The notes under the pieces were generated by a model. It was not told the DNA's origin, ran no database searches, and saw only the letters and a list, made by a program, of their open reading frames with translations. Positions 1-8,754 of a DNA stretch of 64,000 nt are shown here, piece by piece. Both the position numbers and the translations under genes were made by a program. How positions within the stretch are numbered: the stretch's first letter is position 1; each line of letters begins with the position of its first letter. This DNA comes from a virus. Taxonomy: Duplodnaviria; Caudoviricetes. The stretch lies in the IMG/VR virus record IMGVR_UViG_3300018495_000088, positions 32,001 to 96,000 of that record. The stretch is one strand, 5' to 3'.

Positions 1-1
1 G

Positions 2-1672
2 TTCACCGATGAGCAAATTGACGAATTAATTGAGCCTACTGTATCGAAAATTAAAGATTGCCTTGGACTCGACTGGAGAAAATTGATTTTATATATGTGC
101 GGATCTGGTTTAGATGAGAAAAGCGTGGTTCATATGGAGCCTATGTGTAAAGCCATTATGGCTAATCCTGAGCTTATTAATGACCCATACGTTAGGTCTA
201 AAGTTAGTAGAATGATACAAAAACGTATTAATTCTGCTAAAATTGGCGTTTTAGACATTTCGGGAGACTATGGTATAGCAGGTAATGACCCCTATTCATT
301 CTTGCAGAATATGTTTGGTCTTGAAGTAACTGGTTTGTTAAAGAGCGGCGAATGCTACCATAGGTACTGGATAGATAAGAGATCTGATGAGATCTGTGTT
401 TTTCGTGCCCCAATGACAAGTATTGAAAATATTTGCAAGTTGAGGGTTGTAACTAACTCGGAAATGGAAAAATGGTATAAATATATCAAGACTTGCATTC
501 TTTTAAACAGTTGGGACGATACAGCAATGAGATGTAACGGCGAAGATTATGACTCTGATTCAAATTTCTGCACCGACAACCAGGTGTTGCTTGATGCATT
601 TGAATATAAGACAACATTGATGTGCGAGCAAGAAAGTAGCGTTAAAAAGATTCCTACCGAAGATGATTATGTAAGCTCTGATATTAACGGGTTTGGAGAT
701 TCTATTGGAAGTGTAACTAACAAGGCTACGAATATGATTTCTTTGAGAGAACAGTTTGATCCTGATAGCGAAGAATATAGAAGACTTACCTATAGAATTA
801 GCACAATGATGAACTATCAGCAGAACGCTATAGACCGTATAAAGGGCGTTGTAGCTCGACCTGTACCTAAGGAATGGCTAAATAATAGGCTATTTAAGAT
901 CGAAGACGATGATGACGATGAAACAATTAGAGACAAGCAAATTAATGCAAATATAGCCGCAGAAATTAAACCGTGGTTCTTTATTTATCGTTACTCACAA
1001 TTAAAGTCCGAGCTTGACAAGTATATAAAGTCGGTTCGATCTAATTGTAAGATTAGATTTGGTAAAAGTCTCGATGATTTATATGCTAGCGACAATAGGT
1101 CTTTTGATGAGGATGAGTTTTTGTATTATTACGAAAAATATCTTCCTGTTAGTAGAGCGCCAGGCACAATGAACCGTATTTGTTGGAAGATTGAAGAAGC
1201 GTTTCAAAGTATGGACGTGTTGTCAGATATTGAATTTGATCGTTCTATATTGAAGAGTGACGCATACTATACGCAAGAAGAATATGATGCAATTGTTCAG
1301 TTGTATGACGAGTATAATAAGAGTATGCAGTTGTTTTTAAAGGGTGTTAAAAAGAATGATTCTTCAAAAGAAGAGAGAGATGCTTTTACATCTAGGTTGA
1401 TTAATGAATTTACCAATATGTGCTCAGAAGTTTGTCTTGATGCAGAAATATTGGCGAATATCCTTGTTGATGTTTGTTATACTTCGAATAAAAACAAGTC
1501 ATTTGCGTGGGAAGTTGCTGGTGAACAAATATTTAATAATATTCTTAAGCAAAACGGTGGTATAATTCAATACCCTATCAAAGATGAGAATGGAGATATT
1601 GAGTTTGGTGGCAAGAGGTTCTCTTTGCATACACAAGAGATTGGTGGTGATTTAGATGTTGATTTTGAATGA
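2..1672 (+). CDS. YonO-like single-subunit DNA-dependent RNA polymerase (RdRP-like two-barrel fold), 5'-truncated by the window
   Basis: Frame is open from nt 2. FRAP motif followed about 45 aa later by the catalytic loop NGEDYDSD (DxDGD variant), then IGSVTN and QQNAID..KG motifs. Position at the head of the late cluster as for SPbeta yonO. Confidence 0.85.
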   Translation, partial: FTDEQIDELIEPTVSKIKDCLGLDWRKLILYMCGSGLDEKSVVHMEPMCKAIMANPELINDPYVRSKVSRMIQKRINSAKIGVLDISGDYGIAGNDPYSFLQNMFGLEVTGLLKSGECYHRYWIDKRSDEICVFRAPMTSIENICKLRVVTNSEMEKWYKYIKTCILLNSWDDTAMRCNGEDYDSDSNFCTDNQVLLDAFEYKTTLMCEQESSVKKIPTEDDYVSSDINGFGDSIGSVTNKATNMISLREQFDPDSEEYRRLTYRISTMMNYQQNAIDRIKGVVARPVPKEWLNNRLFKIEDDDDDETIRDKQINANIAAEIKPWFFIYRYSQLKSELDKYIKSVRSNCKIRFGKSLDDLYASDNRSFDEDEFLYYYEKYLPVSRAPGTMNRICWKIEEAFQSMDVLSDIEFDRSILKSDAYYTQEEYDAIVQLYDEYNKSMQLFLKGVKKNDSSKEERDAFTSRLINEFTNMCSEVCLDAEILANILVDVCYTSNKNKSFAWEVAGEQIFNNILKQNGGIIQYPIKDENGDIEFGGKRFSLHTQEIGGDLDVDFE

Positions 1673-2429
1673 AGAAAAATATGCTAGAGATATATACATT
1701 GGTAAGGATGTAGGCGTTAAATCTATGATGACAAAAATAAGATATATTACAAGACATTTGATATATTCAGAGCATCAGAGTGATGAAGACGCTTATATAA
1801 ATTCAATTAAATGGTTAAAAACATATCAAGACAATTTTGATGAAAGTTATTATTCTAATGTTGTTTCTGATGCTATTAAAAAGGCACATAAATATCCTTT
1901 TTATATTATTGACAATATCCAAATCACCCAGTCTGAGTTGAATGCCATTTCTTCGTTGAATGATTTAAGGGCGGAAAAAGTATTGTTTGTATTGTTGTGT
2001 ATGGCGAAGCAACAAAAGTTATCTAGTGGTTTTACGAATGGGCTTGTTAAGTATTCCATAACGGAGGTGTGTAAATTGGCACGCATATCCGTTCCTGCTG
2101 AAGATAGAGAATATATACTGCATAAAATTGTTCAAAATGGCCTGCTTGGATATCCCAAGAAAAATGATACCCAGTGTTTGATTGTGAATTTTATTGATTA
2201 TGGTGAAGCTGCTTTAGTATTAGATGAGATTGATTGTCAAGAGCTTGCTTATATTTATCTTATGTGGAAGAATGATGGCAAAGGATATACTAAGTGTCAG
2301 AGGTGTAACAGATTAATAAAACAAAGCAAAAATGGAATAAGAAAATATTGCGAGGTTTGTAAGACAGAGATCGAGGTTGAAAATAAATCCATTAGAAATG
2401 CAAAGTATTATGCAAAACACAAAAATTAA
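1656..2429 (+). CDS. RNAP-associated hypothetical protein with C-terminal Zn ribbon
   Basis: Overlaps the RNAP stop; SD GGTGGTGA; C-terminal CQRC-x14-CEVC followed by a basic tail. Confidence 0.75.
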   Translation: MLILNEEKYARDIYIGKDVGVKSMMTKIRYITRHLIYSEHQSDEDAYINSIKWLKTYQDNFDESYYSNVVSDAIKKAHKYPFYIIDNIQITQSELNAISSLNDLRAEKVLFVLLCMAKQQKLSSGFTNGLVKYSITEVCKLARISVPAEDREYILHKIVQNGLLGYPKKNDTQCLIVNFIDYGEAALVLDEIDCQELAYIYLMWKNDGKGYTKCQRCNRLIKQSKNGIRKYCEVCKTEIEVENKSIRNAKYYAKHKN

Positions 2430-2585
2430 GACGCTTTGTTTTGGTCATTTTGACACGCCAAAATGATTGGAAATTGCTGTTGTTTTCGGCTTTGATAAAA
2501 TTTCAAGTCGAATTTTTCCTAATGAATGATATAGGAAACAACAGTAATTTCCTATATTAAACCTAAAAGAAAAGGGAGAAAAATT

Positions 2586-2795
2586 ATGGCAGATAAGATG
2601 ACAAAAAATTACAAGATTTCTGGAAGCGGAGTCCTCAGTATCAATGACGATATGATTACCATTCTCGTCGAGGACAAGGGTGAGTTCAATCTCGCTAAAG
2701 TGCTTGCTGACCTTGATGGATGTGCAGTAAAGTTTAGTTTCTCGTATGATGAGGATTACGAGAGCGTTGATGAAGAAACTGGCGAAGTAATTTAA
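2586..2795 (+). CDS. YonK-like small protein
   Basis: 69 aa, SD AAAGGGAG; pattern G.L...ITI...GEFNL..VL..LDG..VKFS and position resemble SPbeta YonK. Confidence 0.6.
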   Translation: MADKMTKNYKISGSGVLSINDDMITILVEDKGEFNLAKVLADLDGCAVKFSFSYDEDYESVDEETGEVI

Positions 2796-2874
2796 TTTAA
2801 CTAAGAAAACATTAACATCGAAGTTTGTAAGGGCGAAGTTGCGGCTCCGCTCTAGTTTAGTAGATGTTATATAT

Positions 2875-2950
2875 GGGTCCATAGCTCAATTGGGAGAGCA
2901 CTACCATTGCAAGGTAGGGGTCGGGAGTTCGACTCTCCCTGGATCCACCA
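2875..2950 (+). tRNA. tRNA-Ala(UGC)
   Basis: Acceptor GGGTCCA/TGGATCC with G3:U70; anticodon arm CTACC-ATTGCAA-GGTAG; TTCGA T-loop; encoded CCA. Confidence 0.95.
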
Positions 2951-2953
2951 TAT

Positions 2954-3032
2954 GGCGCTATCGTCTAGCCTGGTCTAGGACACCGCCCTTTCACGGCGGT
3001 AACTGTGAGTTCAAATCTCCATAGCGTCACCA
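2954..3032 (+). tRNA. tRNA-Glu(UUC)
   Basis: Anticodon arm CCGCC-CTTTCAC-GGCGG; acceptor GGCGCTA/TAGCGTC; ends ACCA; bulged T-stem. Confidence 0.92.
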
Positions 3033-3034
3033 AT

Positions 3035-3110
3035 GGCGGCATAGCTCAGTCGGTAGAGCACCCGACTGTTAATCAGGTTGTCGTAGGTTCAAACCCTACT
3101 GTCGCCTCCA
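3035..3110 (+). tRNA. tRNA-Asn(GUU) with atypical acceptor end
   Basis: Anticodon arm CCCGA-CTGTTAA-TCAGG; acceptor GGCGGCA/TGTCGCC; ends TCCA. Confidence 0.9.
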
Positions 3111-3113
3111 TAT

Positions 3114-3190
3114 GGTTCCGTAGCTCAGTTGGTTAGAGCGCCAGCCTGTCACGCTGGAGGTCGTGGGTTCGAACCCCATCGGAATCGCCA
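3114..3190 (+). tRNA. tRNA-Asp(GUC)
   Basis: Anticodon arm CCAGC-CTGTCAC-GCTGG; canonical D and T arms; ends GCCA. Confidence 0.95.
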
Positions 3191-3242
3191 AGCAGTTTTT
3201 AGTAGGTTTCTGCTGTTACAGCTAAATAAACTTACATTTTAT

Positions 3243-3327
3243 GGGAGAGTAGCAAATCGGCAACTGCGGCGGACTGTAACTCCGTTGCCTTCGGGCACAG
3301 TGGGGTCGGCACCCACCTCTCCCACCA
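3243..3327 (+). tRNA. tRNA-Tyr(GUA), long variable arm
   Basis: Acceptor GGGAGAG/CTCTCCC; anticodon arm GCGGA-CTGTAAC-TCCGT; variable hairpin TGCC-TTCG-GGCA; T-loop GTCGGCA; ends ACCA. Confidence 0.9.
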
Positions 3328-3332
3328 TATAT

Positions 3333-3407
3333 GCTGGCGTGGCTCAATGGCAGAGCAGCTGACTTGTAATCAGCAGGTTGTAGGTTCAACTCCTATCGCC
3401 AGCTCCA
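3333..3407 (+). tRNA. tRNA-Thr(UGU)
   Basis: Anticodon arm GCTGA-CTTGTAA-TCAGC; acceptor GCTGGCG/CGCCAGC; ends TCCA. Confidence 0.95.
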
Positions 3408-3410
3408 TAT

Positions 3411-3487
3411 TGCGGAGTGGAGCAGTTGGTAGCTCGTCAGCCTCATAAGCTGAAGGTCGTGGGTTCAAGTCCCACCTTTCGCAACCA
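3411..3487 (+). tRNA. tRNA-Met(CAU), initiator-like body
   Basis: D arm GGAGCAGTTGGTAGCTCG typical of tRNA-fMet; anticodon arm TCAGC-CTCATAA-GCTGA; ends AACCA. Confidence 0.9.
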
Positions 3488-3491
3488 TTAT

Positions 3492-3567
3492 GATTCGCTG
3501 GTCTAATGCATACGATGTCGGTCTTCGAAACCGAAAGATGGGGGTTGGAATCCCTCGCGAATCACCA
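3492..3567 (+). tRNA. tRNA-Arg(UCG)
   Basis: Acceptor GATTCGC/GCGAATC; anticodon arm TCGGT-CTTCGAA-ACCGA; T-loop TTGGAAT; ends ACCA. Confidence 0.85.
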
Positions 3568-3598
3568 CTTAAAATTTAAAAAGAAAAGGAGAAGAATT

Positions 3599-3925
3599 AT
3601 GACTATTACACGCGAAGAAGTGATCAGAAAGCTGTCAAAAAAGAGCGGCTATCAGATTCAGCACATAAGAGAAGTACTTCATTGTATGGACGAAGTTGTT
3701 TTCGAAGAACTATGCGGAGTAACTCCCGATGAGGAAGTTGCTATACAGATTGTTCAGGGTGTGAAGTTAGAGTGTGTTCCTGTTGCGGCAAGAATGGGAA
3801 AGAATCCCGCTAGCCAGGAAGATATAGAATGCTCTGCAACTTGTAAGGTTAAGGCAAGAATATCTCGGGACATGAAGGAAAAGCTTCAAGCTCATTACGA
3901 GAGCACATATAATAAGAACGGTTAA
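3599..3925 (+). CDS. HU/IHF-family DNA-binding protein (YonN-like)
   Basis: True start ATG 3599 after AAAGGAG; the ORF-track 5' extension overlaps tRNA-Arg. TREEVIRKLSKKSG helix and ARMGKNPASQEDIECSA arm match the HU R.GRNP.TGE.I pattern. Confidence 0.85.
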   Translation: MTITREEVIRKLSKKSGYQIQHIREVLHCMDEVVFEELCGVTPDEEVAIQIVQGVKLECVPVAARMGKNPASQEDIECSATCKVKARISRDMKEKLQAHYESTYNKNG

Positions 3926-3940
3926 TGCCGTTCTTTTTTT
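3914..3940 (+). terminator. Rho-independent terminator after HU gene
   Basis: AAGAACGG-TTAATG-CCGTTCTT followed by a T-run. Confidence 0.75.
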
Positions 3941-3964
3941 ATTAGAAGAAAGGAAAAGAGAATT

Positions 3965-5182
3965 ATGAATGATATTTTGAAGAAATTATCTGAAGAAAAT
4001 GAAGATCAATATATATGGAAAGTTGGACAAGCTAAGGATGCGGGCTTGATTGATTCCACTTGGGAGGAGCTTACTCCAAGACTTAATACCGAACTTGGTA
4101 TTGATGAAACTGAATGGAGAGGATCTTCTGCGTTCAGAAAGGCTTATAGATGGATGCAGAGAGCTTACGACAACGTTTTTAGACAAAATGGTTTTATTGG
4201 CGTTCAGGGCGATGAACTTGATGTAAAGAAGCGTGAAGTTGAAAAGGCGACCATTAAACTTAGAACCGAAAAGCTTGAGTACAATAAGTGGCTTCGTGAA
4301 GAAGCAAGGGACGAGATGATTTGTGAGAAGATTTGTAGTGAAATTAAAGCAAATAATTCTTTGGTTGCACCCGATCCTATTATTGTAGATAAGCCGAGTC
4401 GTAGCGCAGTATTGGCTTTCGGAGACGAACATTACGCTACAGAGTTTACTATTTATGGTCTTTATGGAGAAATTCTTAATTCATATAGTCCCGAAATTTT
4501 CGAGCAGAGAATGTGGGAATTATTTTATCAGACGGTCGAGATTATACAAAAGGAAGATTTGACAACACTCTATGTGTTTGCTCTCGGCGACTTTACCGAT
4601 GGAATTTTGCGCTGCAGTCAGTTAATGAAATTAAGATATGGTGTTATTGAAGGCACCGTTAGATATGCAAATTTCATTGCTCATTGGCTTAATGAACTGA
4701 CTAGATATGTCAAGGTAAAGTATCAGATGGTATATGGAAATCATTCAGAACTTCGTATGCTGGGCCAACCCAAGGGTACTTTCAAGGAAGAAAATACAGG
4801 AATGTTTGTCAGAGAAATGATTAGGACATATCTTGAAAACAATCCTAATTTCGAGATGACCATTAACCCTACTGGGTTGATTTTTGATAATATTGAAGGT
4901 CTTAATGTTTTAGGTATCCATGGTGAGGTTAAGAATATGGAAAATGCAATTAAGGATTTCTCTAACACATATAATACCAACATTCAAATTCTCCTTGGTG
5001 GGCATATGCACCATTATAAGGCAGAGACCGTTGGTGTCAATAAAGATGTTATTAATGTACCTAGTATTATAGGCATTGATGATTATTCAATGAGTTTGAA
5101 TAAAACTTCCAATCCTGGTGCAGTTTTATTCTGCATTGAGGAAAACAAGGGTGTAACCCTTGAATATAAAATTAAACTTTAA
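3965..5182 (+). CDS. Calcineurin-like metallophosphoesterase (YonJ-like position)
   Basis: Motifs GDEH, LGD..DG, GNH, IHG, GHMH. Confidence 0.88.
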   Translation: MNDILKKLSEENEDQYIWKVGQAKDAGLIDSTWEELTPRLNTELGIDETEWRGSSAFRKAYRWMQRAYDNVFRQNGFIGVQGDELDVKKREVEKATIKLRTEKLEYNKWLREEARDEMICEKICSEIKANNSLVAPDPIIVDKPSRSAVLAFGDEHYATEFTIYGLYGEILNSYSPEIFEQRMWELFYQTVEIIQKEDLTTLYVFALGDFTDGILRCSQLMKLRYGVIEGTVRYANFIAHWLNELTRYVKVKYQMVYGNHSELRMLGQPKGTFKEENTGMFVREMIRTYLENNPNFEMTINPTGLIFDNIEGLNVLGIHGEVKNMENAIKDFSNTYNTNIQILLGGHMHHYKAETVGVNKDVINVPSIIGIDDYSMSLNKTSNPGAVLFCIEENKGVTLEYKIKL

Positions 5183-5209
5183 AATGATTTAGAAAGAAGG
5201 AATAGAGTT

Positions 5210-5470
5210 ATGATTGATAAGAAAGACACAAGAAAGAGTCGTCTTATTTTTGATGCTAAGATAGCAAGAAAGCTTCTTAAGCAGGGTTTTGTCGTTGTTG
5301 ATATTAAACCCAATAGAGAAAATACAGATAAGAGTATTTTTATTTTTGAGAATACAGATGAATTTAAGGTGGCTCTTGAAAAGCTTATGGATGAGCTTAA
5401 AGCAAAGAAGGAAGCTGAAGTCGAAATTGAATTCGAGTGCGAAATTGAAGTCGAGATCGACGCTGATTAA
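5210..5470 (+). CDS. Small hypothetical protein (DUF5659-like)
   Basis: IFDAKIARKLLKQGF...IKPN...SIFIFENT pattern; SD AAGGA. Confidence 0.7.
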   Translation: MIDKKDTRKSRLIFDAKIARKLLKQGFVVVDIKPNRENTDKSIFIFENTDEFKVALEKLMDELKAKKEAEVEIEFECEIEVEIDAD

Positions 5471-5504
5471 TTGCTCCTAAAATTTATAGAAAGGAGTGAT
5501 GTCT

Positions 5505-6698
5505 ATGGCAGGTAAAGCTATGGGGAAAACCTCAGCTAAAAAGGCAATGACCACAACTGCTCAAAAAGCGGCAGAAGATAAGGAAGAGTATTTATGCTAT
5601 TGTTGTGGCGAAAAAAAGAAAAAAACTTCGTTTTACACTTCGTCAGATCCATTTAATGGCGTGGGTGTCAATCCTTTTTGTAAGTTGTGTATTGAGAAAA
5701 TTGCTAGAAACTATAATGAAAGAAGCGGACAGTATGGTGAGGTTACCAAGGCATCGTTGTGTGATGCACTTGAAAGAATGGATTTGCCGTATAAAGAAAA
5801 TTTATGGGATTCATCTTACAATGAGGTTCATGATCCAACTTTAAAACAGCCCAAAACTAACGTGTGGTCGGCATATATTAAAAATGTTAAGTTACCACAG
5901 TATAGCGGGGAACGTTGGAGAGATGGAGACTTGTTTAAGGATGGAGCAAAAGTTCAGAGTGATACAGAGGACAAAATTGCATCTACTATGACCTCTGAAG
6001 TTTTAGATGAGTGCAAAACAAACAAACGAGATTTAATTCGTCTTATTGGGTATGATCCTTTTGCTAACTATCCTATAGAACAAGACCTTCCCGTGTTATA
6101 TGCACAAATAATTAGTTTTATTGATGAAGAAACTAAGAATGATGGCATGAAGATGAATGCTATTATTCAGATTGTTCAAGCATTTAATCAGATACAGAAG
6201 CTAAACGACGCCATTAATGAATTACTGGCGGACACAAAAAAGTTAAATAGCAACAATGGTACTATTAAGCAACATTCTGATACAATATCAAAATTGCTTA
6301 GCGGTGCAAATGCTCTTGCTAAGGATAATGGAATTTCTGTAAACTTCAACAATAGTAAGTCTAAGGGACAAAATACCCTTACTGGCAAAATGAAAGAACT
6401 AGACTTAATCGGTTTCAGAGATGCAAAAATTAATATGTATGATATTGATTATTGCGAGGGTATGAGACAGGTTGCAGAAATTAGCGCTAAGTCACAAATA
6501 GACCAAATTGGTTTTGACGAAAATACAATGAATACAATTAACAATATTAGACGCGAGTTGGTTGATGAACTTCAAAAGAAGTTAGATAAGGCTAACGAGC
6601 GCGCCAGATTGTTGCTTGTAGAAAACAAAGATTTAAAAGAGTTTTTAAAAGAAAAGGGGTTAATTGATGAGTTTGGGCAGGTGATTGACAATGAGTGA
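5505..6698 (+). CDS. Zn-finger/coiled-coil protein, probable terminase small subunit
   Basis: CYCC...CKLC; C-terminal coiled coil; overlaps the terL start; SD AAGGAG. Function inferred from position only. Confidence 0.6.
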   Translation: MAGKAMGKTSAKKAMTTTAQKAAEDKEEYLCYCCGEKKKKTSFYTSSDPFNGVGVNPFCKLCIEKIARNYNERSGQYGEVTKASLCDALERMDLPYKENLWDSSYNEVHDPTLKQPKTNVWSAYIKNVKLPQYSGERWRDGDLFKDGAKVQSDTEDKIASTMTSEVLDECKTNKRDLIRLIGYDPFANYPIEQDLPVLYAQIISFIDEETKNDGMKMNAIIQIVQAFNQIQKLNDAINELLADTKKLNSNNGTIKQHSDTISKLLSGANALAKDNGISVNFNNSKSKGQNTLTGKMKELDLIGFRDAKINMYDIDYCEGMRQVAEISAKSQIDQIGFDENTMNTINNIRRELVDELQKKLDKANERARLLLVENKDLKEFLKEKGLIDEFGQVIDNE

Positions 6699-8736
6699 TG
6701 TCATTTTGACTGAACGACAAATATTAGAAAACTGTATTGAAGATTGTTTCGAAGGGTTTAAGGATTTGTGCGATGAACTCGAATACACTCTTGGAGAGTA
6801 CGGAATATTTGTTAAACCAAACTTATACAATATGACCACTAAAAGATATAGAGAAAAAGTAGATTTGGCAGAATTTCTTCAATGGGGACGCAGAAATCCA
6901 TCTCGTTTTATTGAAGAAGTTTTTAACGTACAGTTAATGGACTATCAGAGATATTTGATTGATAGTTCTTGGAACAAACCGTTTGTTGTGTGGGCTATGT
7001 CAAGAAATGGGGGTAAGTCCCTACTTGCGGCTTTGTTTATTATGGCAAAAATGCTTTTAATCCCTGGATTTAAAGCATATATTCTTGCGGGAGTTGGTTC
7101 TCAGTCTATTGAGTTGTTTACCAAGATGGAACAATTTGCGATGAAAAATATATCGTCCTTTACAAATTTAAACGATGTTTTTCAGAGCAATGTTGTTAAG
7201 TCTCAGGCAAATTCAACTGGATGGGTACACAATCCTGCATCTTATACTGTAAGAACTTATGGTGGTTCTCAGGTGTTTACATTGAACGGCGCTTTCGACA
7301 ACAATAGATCGAAACGTTCGAATTTAAATGTATATGATGAGGCAATGAATGCAGCAGATGAGCTGTTCCATACATCCGAACCTTTTACCACTCAGAACTC
7401 AGAGTTTAAGATGGGTAAGGATTTTAATGCAGATGACGTGCTGGCAGAGCCTACTCCGTTCCCTAACCAATTACTATATTGTTCTTCTGCGGGACGCACG
7501 GACCAATACTTCTTTAAGAAGTATAAAGAATTTTCTCTTCGTATGTTTGCTGGAGACAAGAGATATTTCTGTGCAGACATTTCTTGCGATGTCATTATTA
7601 ATGCTACTGTACATAACAAATTGTGGCCAGTTCCGTTGTTAACGCAAGAAAAAGTTGACCAAGCTATGCGTGAGGATAAAGAAGCCGCTATGCGTGAGTA
7701 TAGAAATATCTTTACTTCTGAAGGCGGCGAAGGTCAGATTATTAAGAGGGCAGATATTATTAGGAATTCTGTTACGAGACCCCCGAAACTTAGAAATGAG
7801 GACGGTAATAGCCTGTGGGGGCTTATGTATGACCCTGCTCGTTCAAAAGACAACTCTGTAATTTTTATTCCAGAATATTATAAAGACCCTGTAGTTGGTT
7901 GGAAGATGAGAGTTCAAAACGTTGTAAATCTTATTAATTTAGAGAAACGTAATAAAACTCCTATGACAACTCCGAACCAAATCAAGGAGTTTAAAAGACT
8001 ACTTTTGGCGTATAACGGCGAAGGAAAAGCAGACTATGAAAATATTCTTAGTATGTGCGTCGATGCAGGTTCTGGTGGTGCAGGTGTTAATATTTGTGAC
8101 TTTTTATGGGAAGATTGGGAAGACGATGATGGTAATATACATCGAGGATTGATAGACAAAGATTATAGCCCAGATGAAGTTGGGTTATATCCAAATGCGA
8201 TTAAAGACAAATTGCATTTAATTCAACCTTCTAAATATAAAGTCGAAATGTTTACGGCGCTTATCGAGATGACTAATATGAATCTTATAGAATGGCCTAG
8301 CGAATATGATAATCGTGGATATATCGTATTGATGTATGACCTTAATACTAAAACAGGCGTTAAGACTTTGAGATATACAGAACCGACGGAAAAAGAAGTT
8401 AAAGAATTGGCAAAGCAAGGAATTGAAATTATAAGAGAACAATATCATTTGGACCCAGATGAGGAGATTGCATTGAAACAAATCGATGCTATGAAAAACG
8501 AACTAGTTAACATATATAAATTCAAACAGTCCAACGGTAATGTTAGATATGATTTGGCTCCCGATAAAGTTGGTAAACTCAACGATGACCGTGCTTATGT
8601 TATGGCAATGGCCGCTTGGGTATTACAACAACTTCGTCGTGAAAGCCTGGTAACTAGAAAGAAACCAGATCATAAAACAATACTTGATAAATTGGTAGTT
8701 TCTAATGGAAAACACATTGACAAAATTTTCGGATAG
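6691..8736 (+). CDS. terL: Terminase large subunit
   Basis: Walker A SRNGGKS; Walker B LNVYDEA; motif III CSSA; RNase H-like nuclease DPARSKD...DAGSGG...DDRAY. Confidence 0.93.
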   Translation: MSDVILTERQILENCIEDCFEGFKDLCDELEYTLGEYGIFVKPNLYNMTTKRYREKVDLAEFLQWGRRNPSRFIEEVFNVQLMDYQRYLIDSSWNKPFVVWAMSRNGGKSLLAALFIMAKMLLIPGFKAYILAGVGSQSIELFTKMEQFAMKNISSFTNLNDVFQSNVVKSQANSTGWVHNPASYTVRTYGGSQVFTLNGAFDNNRSKRSNLNVYDEAMNAADELFHTSEPFTTQNSEFKMGKDFNADDVLAEPTPFPNQLLYCSSAGRTDQYFFKKYKEFSLRMFAGDKRYFCADISCDVIINATVHNKLWPVPLLTQEKVDQAMREDKEAAMREYRNIFTSEGGEGQIIKRADIIRNSVTRPPKLRNEDGNSLWGLMYDPARSKDNSVIFIPEYYKDPVVGWKMRVQNVVNLINLEKRNKTPMTTPNQIKEFKRLLLAYNGEGKADYENILSMCVDAGSGGAGVNICDFLWEDWEDDDGNIHRGLIDKDYSPDEVGLYPNAIKDKLHLIQPSKYKVEMFTALIEMTNMNLIEWPSEYDNRGYIVLMYDLNTKTGVKTLRYTEPTEKEVKELAKQGIEIIREQYHLDPDEEIALKQIDAMKNELVNIYKFKQSNGNVRYDLAPDKVGKLNDDRAYVMAMAAWVLQQLRRESLVTRKKPDHKTILDKLVVSNGKHIDKIFG

Positions 8737-8754
8737 AAAGGATGGTGAGGTGCC

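Noticed and set aside
2445-2882. 145-aa minus-strand ORF
   Set aside because: Antisense to the YonK-like gene and its control region; no motif support.
2839-3598. ORFs 2839-3024 and 3129-3362, and the 5' extension of 3506-3925
   Set aside because: They overlap clear tRNA genes.
6691-8736. Intein or intron in the long terminase gene
   Set aside because: No C...HN splice junctions or homing-endonuclease motifs; the frame is continuous.
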